Part shown: positions 1 through 14,844 of the stretch, piece by piece
How positions within the stretch are numbered: position 1 is the stretch's first letter
How the letters are laid out: each line of letters begins with the position of its first letter
NCBI RefSeq assembly: GCF_009914755.1
Contig: NC_060941.1
Reading direction: 5' to 3' (one strand)
Length of the DNA stretch: 64,000 nucleotides
DNA from: the human T2T-CHM13v2.0 reference genome, Homo sapiens
The notes under the pieces: generated by a model
What the model was told of the DNA's origin: nothing
The model's input: the letters and a program-made list of their open reading frames with translations, nothing else
Database searches by the model: none
Position numbers and translations under genes: made by a program

Positions 1-662
1 GACAGATCTTCAAGACTTATTTTTGAGTAAAGTCATATAGCCATACATATAATCTTATCTGTGTAAAAAAGAGGAAAAAAATGCTCAAATCATATGTGAC
101 TACGTAAAAAGCCTGCCAAGATTGAAAACTAATTATTTATAGTACTATATCTGAGAACTGAAGGTTGAGGTACTTTTGTTTTCAATAATTCTGTATTTTT
201 TCTTCTTATGAGCAATTATTTCTTTTTTTAAAAAAGCATATGAGATATATATTAAAGAGTTTTCTTCCATGCATTTTTCTTTATCTTTTGATACCTTCCA
301 TCAATTATATTTCAAGCAAAATCTAAAGAAGATAACATCTGATTTAGCACAGAATTATACATTAGTTCTTGTACATTCAGCATATCAATTAGTTCAAAGT
401 GTTCTTTATGGAGTATCATGATAAAATGACTATATTTGAGAAGAAGTAGCTTAGTTTATGTGACTAGATGGCTGTATCTAAGACAGAACTAAATATATCT
501 GGTGTATACTGGCAATAAATAAGCTCAAAAAGCGAGGAGAAAGGACTTGGAATAACTACACACTCAGATCCAGGGCAGGTTATAAAAAAATAAAGACCAG
601 TTGGAAAGGTACCAAATTTTACTTGGGTTTTTATTTATTTAAAAGACAGCTCGCTCTAAAAA

Positions 663-842
663 CAGTTATTTTCCCCTTTGGCTGCACTTTAAAATCACGT
701 GGGAAACTTTAAAAAAGGACCTCTGCCTGGGCCCCACCCCTCCAGCGCCATTAAACAGGACTCTCTGGTGGTAGGACCTGGGTGCTGGCATATTTCCTAA
801 ACTCCTTGTTATTCTAAGGTGCAGCAGAATTGAGAACCACTG
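663..842. mobile_element. MER5A-like hAT MITE
   Basis: CAG...TTGAGAACCACTG ends; internal ggctgcac-ttaaaatcac and gggccccaccc motifs. Confidence 0.75.
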
Positions 843-1197
843 CTTTGAAAGGATTAATGGATTTTCTAGTTTGAGTTATGCGTGGTGGTTTTATTTTTAG
901 CTAATAAAAGTAAGTAGAAACAGCATGCTAGTAGCTTATCTTAACTATGGCTTGTGTCCAGGGGTTGTGGCACATTGCTGTCAGCTGCTACAGGAAAAAC
1001 AAATTGGCAGTTCCTTTATTTTGAGGGGTAAGCAGATGCTCTTTGAAAGCCAAATCTACAAAACTGAAAACATAAGGTAAAGGTAAATGTCATAACAGCA
1101 AATAGCTGAGTCAATATCACGGTCTCAGACTTGTGACTTTGCATAGTATTAACTGTGCCACCATAAATGGATGCAGCACACAGCAGCACGTTCTTAC

Positions 1198-1421
1198 CTA
1201 TTGAAAATCGTCTGCAGGGCCTCCTCAAAACGGCGAAGAACTTTAGGAGGGCTTGGCCACTTCACGTGCTTCCCGTAGTCTCGCATGGTCTTGACGCCAT
1301 GGAAGCGTCTGGCCACCTCGTGGATGTACGACTTCACTTTGTAGCGCCGGTAGTACCTGATTATTGTCAGAGCTGCCTTGGTTCTTTTGTACCGCATGCG
1401 GGCCAGGGTGCCCCGCCACAC
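1198..1421 (-). CDS. MYO1D: Myosin ID coding exon (224 bp, IQ motifs/neck: [74 protein letters not shown]+R); probably exon 17
   Basis: Joins in frame to the previous exon to complete the IQ motif LQK|[11 protein letters not shown]. Acceptor ttctttctctattgtgaag|GTG with a TAAC branch-like sequence upstream, donor AATAG|gtaag. Confidence 0.97.
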
Positions 1422-3452
1422 CTTCACAATAGAGAAAGAAAAAGGAAAACGTTATTGACCGGCTGAGTTGTGGATGGCTTTGATATTATAGCAGCTCCTC
1501 TACTTACAAACTCAACCAGGCAACTTGCAAGTGTGCACAAAAATCAGCCAGAGCCAAAGCATGTCAGTTCCACCTGCCACCAACAGATGGCGTGGGGAGT
1601 CACATCAGTCATTTTGTTTCAGCTGTCTAGCTGCTCATTATTCTACACTGAAGTGTGTGCTGAGCCTGAAGCTGAGTCCTGTTTTAACTTTACTGTCATG
1701 AAAAGAAGAAAGCCAAAATGCAAATATCTTTGGATAAATATTTTAGGAATGCTGAAGGGAAGCGAGATGAGTCAGAACATCATGCCATAAGCATCTATAG
1801 TTTTCTTGTGAAACCTAACTTTACATAGATTATACATGCTGGCCACTGGTGTAACGCCACTTTGGATTTACAAACTGATTTACACACAGCCTGTGCACCT
1901 CCTCTCCCGCGGCACTATGTAAACTCTCAAAGATTCATGGGTAAAGGGTAAATCAGATTACGTACTAATATCCTGTGAATCTTTGTTAAAAGTTTTTCAG
2001 TGCTCACAAATCAATGACACTATATAAACGCCTCAATGCCAACTTCATTCAAGCATGGTAAAGTCAGAGATACTTATTTTTTTTCAGGATCCTTTGTCAG
2101 GTACCCATATTTCTCAACTTCTCAAGCAAAAACAAATTTGGTGCGATCTTCAATTAATCACTGGCTCTTCCCCTGTATATCCTCTCCACCACCACTTTAC
2201 TCCTTCTTCCACAATATGGAAGTGTAAACCCCTTTCTTTCCCTTTCTGCTACCAGTCTCCAAGATGCCAAACAACCCTAGTTGCTTTCTTCGATGAACTC
2301 CTTGTACACATCGCCATCATGCCCCAGTATATTTATTGCTGCTACTTAAATAACTGTTCCAACTCTTAGGTTGATTATATTATTTCCCTCCCTAGTCCCT
2401 GGCCTTTCAGAGCCAAGATTTTCAACCTCTAGTTCAAAGCCCACAGTATGGGTTCTGCAGACTCCCTCAGGTTTCTTTTATTTCTTCTTAAAAATCCCCG
2501 TCTGTGCCCACCAATTCCTCTAAGCAAAACTTGCACAATGCCTCATTTGACTCAGTTGTTTTAGGTTTGTCCTCATGCGGACTCCTAAAGTACACCATGT
2601 GCTTGCAGTGTTCTCCCTTTTCAGCCTGCTGCACGATACAGATTTGTTTGCACACTACGTGCAAGAAGATCATCAAGGGACCCCAATGGGTCAAGAAAAA
2701 CCATAACATTTAAGGGAAACATGACACATGGGCAATTTGTGATGGTAACCTAGAGTTCACATTAAACAGAATGTTTAAAGACAATGAGGCAATAAAAACT
2801 AACTCGTCATCTCATGTGGCGTCAGTACAGCAGCCCTTTTTAGTCAAAATGGCTCCCTTCCTTGTAGCCAAATCCACTGTACAGATGGCTTTGTTACGCC
2901 TCCACCCAAGTGCAAAAATAAAGCTCCCTTCTTTAGCATCTTGAAAAGCCAAAAAAATACAATTACAGGGTGAAAGTATGTGATTTAATTTCTTAGACAA
3001 AACACATTTTTAAGTTTCCTACTGTTTGTTGCTTTTTTCTTTTATTGGGAGGAATTTAAGACTCCTTGGAGCCACATCTATAAAGGATATCAATCTTTAA
3101 TTTTCAAGAAGTGTTTTATAGAGCTTCCTATTAGAATGTTTTTGGTTAGATTCTTTAGCAAATTGAAAAAAACATTTTATAAGTAAGTACTTTTTAAGCA
3201 GTAATTTATTTCTTTTACAAGAAACCTACTTTATAAAGGGGGTCTTTTCTGACAACCTTTATAATTTCATCTGTGTTGGCTTATTTAGGTTTTTAATAGT
3301 TGAAAAAATGAAATAGCACAAAAATGCATATAAAAAAACACACTAGCCCTTCTCTTCATCCTTCTAAACCCACCTCCCTACCTCCAGTCTCAATCAACAC
3401 AAACTATTTTAGATGCTTCTTCCATATTTACTGTCATATTTATAGATAATAT

Positions 3453-3748
3453 GGCTAGGTGTGGTGGCTCATGCCTATAATCCTAGCACTTTAGGAGGTT
3501 GAGGTGGGAGGATCACTTGAGCCTAAGAGTTTGAAACCAGCATGGGCAACATGGTGAAACCCTGTCTCCATCAAAAATACAGAAAAATTAGCCATGTGTG
3601 GTGGTGTGCACCTGTAGTCCCAGCTTCTCAGGAGGCTTAGGTGGGAGGATTGCCTGAGTTCAGGAAGTTGAGGCTATAGTGAGCCAAGATTGCACCACTG
3701 TACTCCAGCCTGGGCGATGGAAGTGAGACCCTGTCCCAAAAAAAAAAA
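3453..3748 (+). mobile_element. Alu (AluJ-like)
   Basis: Dimeric Alu with GGAGGATCACTTGAGCC and an A tail. Confidence 0.9.
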
Positions 3749-4470
3749 TACCCCCCCAAAAAACCACGTATATTATGATTTCTTGGTTGATCCTTTTAGA
3801 CACTATCCAAATCACACAAGATGGAGATTTAGCTCTCTCACCATCATTCTTTCTTCTCATCTACCTTCCCAATCATAGTTAAAGTATGTTTACATTACCT
3901 ATATTAACTCTATTATATATTGAATAATTTACATATGATATGTATATGTTATATTGCATTGTGTTATATATTACACATATATTTGGTTCATTGCTGTGCT
4001 AAGAAGTATGAATGTTCTTTCTTTATTGTGTGTATTTGTTTTTACCTATCATTAGTAACTGCCTTGTTTTTAAAATTTGCTTTATTTACTATAAACCTAC
4101 TGCTAATTTTTGCCAAATGCTCTTACAGACCCATCAAATGATTAGCAGTAATTTTTTTACTTGTCAGGCACATTAACTGAATCTTTTTCTTTGATATTAC
4201 CTGTATCCACTGAACAGTTCCCTATCCTGGGGCTTTTTAAACTACTCTTCCACGTTGGATCCGAGTTCTCCCCCACCGCCCCACGCCCAGTAGCTTTCAA
4301 GAAAAGGTGTATGGCCAATACATTTCTATTCTCTTAAGTTTCCTTGAAAGTAAAAAGCAGTTGTCTAAAATGTTGTCTGTTTCTTGAGTTATAAAAGCAG
4401 AGTAGTTGAGAACAAGCTCTGGACTCAGACTGCCTGTTTTCAAATCCTGGTCCCACTCTTAAGAGCTGCG

Positions 4471-4767
<297 letters not shown>

Positions 4768-4952
4768 GAGCTGTGTAAACTTGGGCAAGCTTCCTTCTGT
4801 GCCTTAGTTTTCTTAGCTGTAAAATGGGGATAATAATGGTGCTTACCTTGTAGTGTTATGAGGATTAATGGAGTTAATACATACGCAACACTTAAAATAG
4901 TGCCTGGTGAGTAGTCAGTGCCCAATAAGCATAGGCTGTTATGACTATTTGA

Positions 4953-5294
<342 letters not shown>

Positions 5295-6869
5295 CAATTG
5301 TGCTACTTTCTTTTTTTGTATGTGCAGATTTTTTGCCTCCGTCACTTGTCAGTGTGACCTGAAAACTGTTTAGTAAATGTTAAGTCATTCTTTCTCAGTC
5401 TGCCATTTGCCCCCAAACAGTGCCTGATTTGATATTGTTTTATTCTTCCACCTATAACATGGACTGGTGTCCATGGTTTATACACCTTATCCCGTCATTC
5501 AGTTGCCTAAGAGGAGAGGAGAGCATGCAGGGGCTTTAAGTAACTGCTTTACTTCATTCTATGAAATAAATGCATCAGAGGTTTGCTTCAAATCTGGGTT
5601 GTATCATAGGCTTTTGGCTTGTTATGGGGCCAAGTGTTCCTTTTTCATGTCTAGTGGAGCTTTTCCTTGGTTCGGCTGTAATAATCATTGCTTGCAGAGG
5701 CTTTCCTCATTTTACACCCACTTATTGATATATCAGAGGCAGGAAAGATGGCAAACCTTGCCTACTCTTCTTGCTTGTGAAAGAAGTCTTCTTGATGAAA
5801 GAAAGGGTCCCCGATGAAGGTGTGGGGTATTCTAAGCCCTCCCTCTGGTACACCTTTATACTGAATGTAGCACCTTCAAAAGTAGTACGACTTTTCAGAA
5901 TTTCCTCCTTGTACTTCTCCATGCTCCATTCTTCTCTTTGAAGAACATATCGATTTTTTAAAAGCATCTTCTTTCAATTTGGCCCAAGTTTTCTTTTTTT
6001 GGATGACACTTCTCAAAGTTGATGGTATGGAGTTGGAATCTTTTCTTGGTTTCGGGGTTGATGGCATGTTCTTTGTTATTTTTACATTTGATATTTGTTA
6101 ATCTTACACAATTCTGTGGGAAGGAAATTTTGTGAACCTGCAGTTATATCACCAACTTTATGAGAAGTCCCTTAGGCTCTATTTTTTAACATCAAAGGAC
6201 AAGCATTGAAAACTACAGAGGAAAATGATTTTACAGGAAAAAATGATTCATGCATTTTCCCTTATAATCTAAGCATATTTGGTTTAAATAGATACGCTTC
6301 CATAAAAGTTTGTGTGTATGTGTGGCAGGAGGGTTGTTGGTTGGTTTTCCCACCAAGGGTCTGCAGCTTTGGAATTTAAGGTATAAGACAGATTTTCCTG
6401 TTTTCTCTCTTTGTTTAAAGCAGCTTAAACTGTTGAGTTTGTTGAGTCATACAAAGCTTACGTTTGTAAAGGACTGTGCCTGATGACAAAGCCTCAGAAA
6501 GCAGAAAATTAAATGTTATATTAAAAAACAAGTGCTTAATACTTATTTGCATATGGCTGAGAGGTTCAACAAACAAGGGAGCCAAAAGGGGCCCTGCTTC
6601 AAACAATATTAACACAAAAGTAGAACCAGCCAGACGTTACATGCTTTAGGATATGAGGCCAGAGGAGTGGGAGCTGAAGGACACACACTGGGACCTGCGA
6701 GGTGAAGTCAGCAGAGGATATCGGGTAGAGAGCATACTGACAGAGGAGCAAGCAAGGGACCATTTCTCAGAAAAGAGGACAGCGGCAAACAGAGAGGCCT
6801 GCTGACAGGGAACGACTCAGGTATAAACAGAGAATGCTGGCATGGCGTTGCACACATCCTTGCAACTGA

Positions 6870-7530
6870 GGTGCCAATTCTCAACACAGCAGCCAGAGTG
6901 ATCCTTTTAAGACCAAAGCCAGATCATGTCACTTCTCTGCTCAAACTCTGCAGTGGCTATTTCCCTGAGCAGAAAAGCCAAAGTCCTTCCTATAGCGTTC
7001 ATGGCCCTATGTGGTCTGATACTGTCTCCTCCCCACCTCATCTCCCGCTGTCCTCTCCCCTGCTCGCTCCCGCCATACTGGCCTCCCTGCTGGACCCTAC
7101 ACAGGCCAGGCATCCTCTTGTCTCAGGGCTTTTGTGCTAGTTGCTCCCTCTGCCTGGAATAATCTGCTCCCAGCCATCAGATGGCTGACTTCCTCATTCT
7201 CTGCATCTTTGCTCAGTAGTCACCTTCCCAAGGGAGGCCAGCCCTGGCCTTCTGATTTAAAAGTTCAACTTGTCTCCACCTCCCCGCCCCCCGACCCGCC
7301 CAGCACTCTTAATTCTCCTTACCATGCTCTGCTTTTTCTTTTTCCCCCAGCACTCAATCCCTTCCAACATATCACGTAACTTACATATTATGGTGTTATT
7401 TATGCTCTCTCCCACTAGAATTTAAGGGCCACTAGGCTGGGGATCTTTGTCTGTTTTGCTCACTGATGTATTTCCACTGTTTGGAACAATGCCAAGGACC
7501 TAGTTAATAATATTTGCTGAATGAATGAAT
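6870..7530 (+). mobile_element. L2 3' fragment
   Basis: acacagcagccagagtgatcctttt...cccactagaat...tgaatgaatgaat tail. Confidence 0.8.
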
Positions 7531-10500
7531 GTATTCTACTTCATCTTCCAAGTCTGATATTGAATCTTTCACTTCGGCTGTCACATTTTCCATCTTCAAG
7601 AGCTCATCCTTGCTCTTGTAATATTTCTTTTAAAAGCATGTTGCTCTTACTTTATGAATGCAACATCTCATCCCACCTCTGAGTATATAACTTATGGTTT
7701 TATTTTTTGCACTGTTCCTTGTATTGCACCTGTTACCTCTAAATCCCCAGTTTTCCTGTTTGTCTTAGTCTTGGCCTTGCCCAAGGCCTTCCTCAAATGT
7801 ATAGGGATCGTTGGCCCTCCACTCTCACTGAAGGGTGAACAGCCCTTAGAAGCTCTGTATAAGTGCTTCATGGATGGGGAACTTCACTACAGGGTGATTA
7901 GGTTGGGAGTAGCCATCTGTGGGGAACCCCAGAATGTCAGGATCATGAAGTGTTTTCTCTTTCCTGCCAGAATCCTCAGAGTGAAGGGGTCTGGGGTGGG
8001 TGGTGGGGGGAATCTTACTCCTCAGTGTCTATACTTTCATTTAATATCCTTGGTCTCAATATGGTACCTGACCCCTCTCCTCCACTAAGCCTGGTGTCCC
8101 TAAGTTCAGAACTTCTCTAAATCCTGTTCAATTTACTCAGACAAGAAACTTCTTGCCATCTATCAGAATGAGGCTGAGGTAGTCCCTTAGCTTTGTGTGG
8201 TCTGGGGAGAGACCTAGTGTCTAATTCCTCTTTATATAGATTTTAACCAACCTCCTCTGTCAGGGCCACCCCTCATCCCTACCTACAGAGGCACCCAGTC
8301 CTTCCCAGTCTAGAATCTTTCTACAGCCCTACAGTCAGAACAAGGCAAACTGTCTTGCCTGTTTGCCTTGTTCTCTGCAGGCACTTGCCTGGGAGTAACG
8401 ACTCATTTACTTACTTCTAAACTTATGCTGACACCTCTTGTCTTCTGTTGTTTCCACTATGGTACTATTTGTCCTCGTAGGTTTATCCAATTTTTATTCC
8501 TTTTCTGCTCTTTTCGAGATGTTAAGAGAGTGGATATAAACACAACTGTCATGTTTAACCAGATGTTTCATAATGCCATCTTAATTCTACCATTTTTTCT
8601 TCTGCTGCATACTTCTTCAGCAGTCAGACGTTTCAAAGCAACATCTAACAGTCATTAAACTTTGCAAAAAAAAGTAGGATTCTAGGTTACACTCTATTAA
8701 GAAGTAGGGCAATTATGTATCTTCCGTTTCGTCTCAGAATCAAACACAGGTCAGCTTTCCTTTTTTTCTCCTAGTTCCCCATGTTTTGTTTTGTTTTGTT
8801 TTTCAAAATTCTAGTCATTATGGGCATTGGGGGCTCTTTCTGTCTTGTTGTCAATATAAATCACTACTTCACAGCTCCCTGGTACTCTGAATTAGACATT
8901 CTCTTGGTTTCCACAAACAGAATTGTTCAACATTTCAGCTCCTAGCTTCTCAGGTCCTCCATGCCTAAGGACAATTTTTAGAAGCATCTTTCTTCCATTT
9001 CTATCTTTAAGTTCCCCCTATGGGGATCTTCGAGATGTCCATATTGAGATGAGTCTACATAATGGGGAACTTTGAGAGTCCACATTGAGATAAGTCTACA
9101 TAACCCATATGGTTATTTGGGCAGAGTTCTGACACCTTACGGTTGTTAAAAAGTTGTGGTAGAGGAGGGTTTATTTATGTAAATAATGAACTCTCGTTGA
9201 ATGAACTCTGAGCAAATTATAAATATACAAAATTTGGTATGGACACATTCCATCAAATTTAGAATATGACAGTCACATTCAATTTAGGATATTTCATGAT
9301 TGACTGATGAAGGGTGTGGCTCTAAGAGCTATTTTAAAGGAAGACTCAGAGACAGAAAAATCTTTCTGAATTATTCCTCTTCCATTTCTATAAGGGACAA
9401 AATGAATAAAGACTTGATATGCTATTTTTAAAATGCTGGTGCTCATGTTTTTACCGGACTAGCAGGTTAATATGTAACAAGAAGAAAATATAATCCAGTG
9501 AATATAATTTATAGGCTATTAGCTTAATTCCTGACACAAAATTCCTTCGTTTTACAGATAAATTAATAATATTTTGGAAGACATACGATAAATCTAAGAC
9601 ACAAAAGAACCAAATCTTTAGTCAATAAACAAATGTAAAAATCATTAAAATGAAGAGCCACACACACACAAAAAGTACATGTGAGTCTGATCATTACAAG
9701 CCGTCCTGATGAACTTAACTATTGCAGGTGGTGGTATTGGTATGTGCTTGGTGGAACATAATTTAGAAGTGACCACCCCTGAGCTGTCTTACCTTGGTCT
9801 GGGAGACTAACTTGCCGAGTTAATTGACCCATGAACCTTCGTTTAGGACATGCCCATTTTATATATATGGCCTTGTCCAGATTCATTAACCTTGCAATTC
9901 TTTAGTGCACACAATTGCTGCCTATTAATGATTTCTTCACTATGATGATGACATGATCTGACAGCCTCCTTATAACTGTAACTTCAAGAAGTAATTGAAC
10001 CTTTTGGTCAATTACTATCAGAAGAACAGCCCAATATCAACACTATTGAAACCCAAATCGCAATTATTTTGCAGACAAATGAAAATAAAATTACTCCAGA
10101 TAATAGGTTAAGTAACTCTGACAGATTTTCCAGGATTCAATCTTGTAAACACTCTGTGGAGCTGTAGGAAAGTGACTGCTTTCTTTTGTTTGGTTTTGTT
10201 TTCTTAAAAGAGGAGGTAAAAACTTGGTAATTCATCTTGAAAATCTCTCAAGACTATCTAAACTGCATTTTGATGTAGAACCACAGAGTTTTGGTCAAGA
10301 GTTTGAGCATCTGAGCAGATCCAAAGTGGTGTCTGGCAATATTTCAGCTTTTTCAGGAGACTCCTACAGCCTCTACCATCTCCAAGTCTACCTCTGTCTG
10401 ATAGCGAGGTGGCTTACCACCTGGTAAAGAGTACAGGTCAGGCTTTGACCTTGTGTGACAAATGCCCAGCATTCAAAACACACAGTACTCCATCAAAATA

Positions 10501-10778
10501 ATAACACAGTATACATTTGCTTTAGTGGTTTGCAAATAATCTCAATTTTGACTAGTTCTCTAGATTGCCAAAATAGCTGATATTTGAAAGATCCAGCCAA
10601 AGGTATACCCTAACATTGATTCCACAGAGTTCTAAAAGTACATTCTGGAACACAGGGCTTTTGGAATGCTCCCCGAAAAAAGGGTTCCAATTTCAATAAG
10701 TTTGGAAAAGCTACATACTGCAATTCCCTTTATGGAGATTCATGGTGTACATTAGCACATTAGAAGCTCTGAGAATTT

Positions 10779-11081
10779 CTTTTTCTTTTTTTTTTTTTTG
10801 AGATGGAGTCTCACTCTGTCGCCCAGGCTGGAGTGCAGTGGCGTGATCTCGGCTCACTGCAAGCTCCGCCTCCCAGGTTCATGCCATTCTCTTGCCTCAG
10901 CCTCCTGAGTAGCTGGGACTACAGGTGCCCGCCACCACGCCTGGCTAATTTTTTGTATTTTTTAGTAGAGACGCGGTTTTACCATGTTAGCCAGGATGGT
11001 CTTGATCTCCTGACCTCATGATCCACCCGCTTTGGCCTCCCAAAGTGCTGGGATTACAGGTGTGAGCCACTGCGCCTGGCC
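10779..11081 (-). mobile_element. AluY
   Basis: AluY diagnostics; perfect 16-bp TSD gaagctctgagaattt. Confidence 0.92.
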
Positions 11082-11174
11082 GAAGCTCTGAGAATTTTTA
11101 TGTAAATCTACTTTAACAGAATTGAAAAAAACCATAACTGACTACAGATTTCTTTGTACACAGAGTACTAATGT

Positions 11175-11738
11175 TGAAGGGGATCAGGATATGCCACCCA
11201 AAATTATGCCACTTTGGCATAAAGATTATTTTGAGCTAAAGACAACTAAGAAATAGTAGATGTGGGAAAAGCTCTCTGCCCTTCCCCTATCTCCCTGAAA
11301 AGGATATATTTCCCATGAGAAAAGTGCCCTCTCCTTGTACTAGGAAGATAAGAACACTCTCACCACCAGAGAGGAAGAGTCCACATCGAGATGAGTCTAC
11401 ATAAATAGGTCTTACTAAAATAGCCTTTATCTTCCATTACTTCCTTTCATGCAGTTCCTAGTCACTTTCTCACAATTTACTGGCCCTAGAATCCCAGATC
11501 CCCTATCTCATGTCTAGTCACATTTTATTGCCTTTCTTTAAAATGGTATATAAGACCCTGAGTCTACCACTTCTTTAGGTTTTTCACTTCTTTTCTGTGA
11601 AGTTCCTGTGCATATAAAATCCTTACATCAGTAAAAATTGTATGCCTTTTCTCCAGTTAATCTGTCTTTTGTGAGTTAAATTTGCAGGCCCCAGGCACTG
11701 AATCTAAGCAGGTAGAGGAAGTGTTTTCCTGCTCTACA
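11175..11738 (+). mobile_element. Solo ERV LTR (MER34/MER31-like; subfamily uncertain)
   Basis: TG...CA ends; opens ggatatgccacccaaaattatgccactttggcat; TATA-like gtatataag at ~11547. Confidence 0.7.
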
Positions 11739-11969
11739 ATTTCCAAAGAACCAGGTTCTATCCTTTTGGGAAGCAATGAAATCAAACAAAATAAAAGAAT
11801 TATTCAAATAAGATAAAGAGTAATTATACCAGAAAACCTAGACTATGAAAGCTATTGTGTATAAAGCTTACTTTAATTAAAAGTCAAAGCAGTAACAGAA
11901 ATGGGGTATTTTATACACATTTTATTTAGCTAATAAGAGGCATACACATTTGTCAGGAAAGACATTTTC

Positions 11970-12276
11970 TTTTTCTTTTTTTTTTTTTTTTCAGGTGGAG
12001 TCTCACTCTATCACCCAGGCTGGAGTTGCGGTGGTGTGATCTTGGCTCACTGCAATCTCCATTTCCTGGTTTTAGCGATTCTCTTGTCTCAACCTCCTGA
12101 GTAGCCCAGGGTTACAGGTGTGCACCATCATGCCTGGCTAAGTTTTGTCTTTTTTTAGTAGAGACGGGGTTTTGCCATGTAAGCCAGGCTGGTTTCGAAT
12201 TCCTGACCTCAAGCAATCTGCCCTCATTGGCCTCCCAAAGTGCTGTGATTACAGGTGTGAGCCACTGTGCCTGGCT
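11970..12276 (-). mobile_element. AluS
   Basis: Dimeric Alu; TSD gaaagacattttc. Confidence 0.9.
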
Positions 12277-12550
12277 GAAAGACATTTTCCTAAACCAAGT
12301 AAACTCATAGAAAATATCATTGTATCAGTGTGAATTTTCTGATTTTGATAATTATACTATAGTTACAGAAGAGAATGCTCTTGTTTTTAGAAAATATACA
12401 TGAAATATTTAGGGGTAAAGGGTATTACATGTGCAAATTACTCTCAAATAGTTCCAAAACCAATTGTATATATACACACAAATAGATCTATATACACAGA
12501 TATACACATATACAGATTGAGAGAGAGAGAGAGAACCAAAGAACAAGCAT

Positions 12551-13486
12551 TGATAGAGGCAGGAGACAGAGAAATCCTAGGCAGACATAGGTGGGTCCCT
12601 GGTGCGACCTTACCTTCAAGCCAAAAACAGCTTAAAGCCTGAAGTCCAAGCTACAAGTCAAATCCATGGATGAGACTGAGAACCTGTCTTCCCATTTGGT
12701 GTGCTTTCCTTTGATTGATCCCCACCTTTCACCTATTTTACATATACCCTTCCCTGTTTTTACACCATGTCCACTTTCGACTGGTGCCTTTGTTTTAACC
12801 ATGTTTGCATACTCACAAACCAATTAGCATGCACTCCCTTATCCTGTGCCTATAAAAGCCCCAGACTCAGCCACACTGGAGCGATGATCTGACCCGCCTG
12901 TCCCCTCTCTACTGAGAGCTGTTTTGTTGCTCAATAAAATGTTCTGCCTTTACCACCCTTCAATTGTCAGCATGACCTCATTCTTCTTGGATGCAGGACA
13001 AGAGCTTAGGACCAGATATTCAGAAAGGCTGTAACACTGACCCTCTGCCTGTGTCAATGGAGAGCAGCCACCCCATAGAAGAGAAGCAGTGGTGGTCCTG
13101 AGCTGGCCCAGGGCCATGCCTGTCCCGGAGCTGCAGGCCAGAGTGGGGCAAAAGGCTGATGGAGCTGCTAACACATCCCTGTTTGTTGGGCTGCAGATGG
13201 CAGAGCTAAAAGAGCTAATAAGCATATTGTAACACTCCCTTTGGGGCTCTGGAGTCATAGGCACCCCTGCCTGGGCATCACTGCATTCCCCTGGGGGTAA
13301 TATGCCTGGTTTGGTCATGGACCCTGCATGGAGCTTGCTTCTATGTTGGTGCTTGGAGCGGCCAGCCAGATCCCATACTCGCTCGCCCACGTGCTCCCTC
13401 CTGCCAGGGGCTGAGTGCAGTGGGCCAAGTAGACAGGGTGCCCGGGCTGCGAGTCTAGCAAAGGGGCCAAGAAAAATCCTGTGTCA
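12551..13486 (+). mobile_element. Solo ERV1 LTR (LTR27/LTR28/MER52-group-like), inserted in an L1MC-type 3' fragment (~12320-13605)
   Basis: TGATAG...AAAAATCCTGTGTCA ends, CCAAT at ~12821, TATAAAA at ~12851, AATAAA at ~12933. Old L1 3' sequence continues on both sides. Confidence 0.8.
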
Positions 13487-13889
13487 ATATGATAAAGCAA
13501 ATATAGTTAAAATTTTAACATTTGGGCGCTGGGGCGAAAGGCATAAGAATTCTTTATATTATTCTTGCAACTTTTCTGTAAATCTAAAATTATTTCAAAA
13601 TAAAACAACAGGTATCTTTAAGGGATAGTGGAGAACAACTGCACAATGTATTTTTAACAATTTTACATAAGCAAGAGTGGTCATTATACCTTTTTTAAAA
13701 ATTTGAATTTTCTTCTAAGGAGTTTGTTGTACTTGTGCTTTCTGAATATTGGTGAGTATATATAAAAATTGAAAATGATGGCAATTTTATGAGTATGTAA
13801 ATTAGTCTGTGCTAATTTAAAAAACTGGAAACATGTTTAATGGATGCTAAGTTAATTCATATGTTAACCTGCACTGAGTTATATATAAA

Positions 13890-14099
13890 GGCTGTGCCAT
13901 GTCGGGCCATATTGGAGCCTGAGGCAAAAGGAAAAAGTTCAATAATATGGATCCCGTCTTTATTTAAAAGTTTGATCTTTTGTTCACCACAGATTTGTTC
14001 CATTAATTTCAGATTTTTAAAAATATTGCATGAACATATTATCTATCCTGACCACATTTTTGGTACCGCCTTAAATTTTACATTTGAGTCCTGGCCCTG
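13890..14099 (-). mobile_element. MER96B-like hAT MITE
   Basis: ccatattggagcctgaggcaaaagg...gtcctggccctg matches the recalled consensus in reverse. Confidence 0.65.
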
Positions 14100-14543
14100 C
14101 ATAAGGAAACAAAAATTACAGAACAAACATGATGTGGTATTTGGCAGATTGGAGGAAGGGAAGGGAGTGAGTGCCAGTCATGTGCTGGGCTCTGTGCCAG
14201 GGGACACATGCTATCTCATTTTAAGTTTTCCAATAGTCCCAATAGGCAGATGTTTTTAGCATTTTACAAAGGAGGATGTTAAGGTTCAAAGAGAGTGATA
14301 TACTTTGGATAACACAGTAAATGATAAAACTGTATCTTAGCTCTGTCTGGCTCCAAGAATTGATCATGCCATCTCCTAAATGTATCACACTTAAAGCAGT
14401 CTAATGGTATATAAAGCAATAATGCCTATTATTTAATTTTCCCTCTGAGAGACTTGGACTTGCTATAATAATTAACAGGAAGCTTGGTTTCAAACATAAT
14501 CCAAACTACTACACTACTACATTCTTCATATATACGTAGATAA

Positions 14544-14844
<301 letters not shown>

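Noticed and set aside
1167-1466. 99-aa plus-strand ORF (and 62920-63225)
   Set aside because: Antisense shadows of the MYO1D exons with no independent support.
1928-1985. Hairpin CAAAGATTCA...TGAATCTTTG
   Set aside because: Only 10 perfect base pairs with a large loop; too short for a pre-miRNA.
7540-8530. 144-aa ORF at 7654-8088 and surrounding sequence
   Set aside because: No recognisable domain or splice structure; probably degenerate ancient LINE sequence that I cannot assign.
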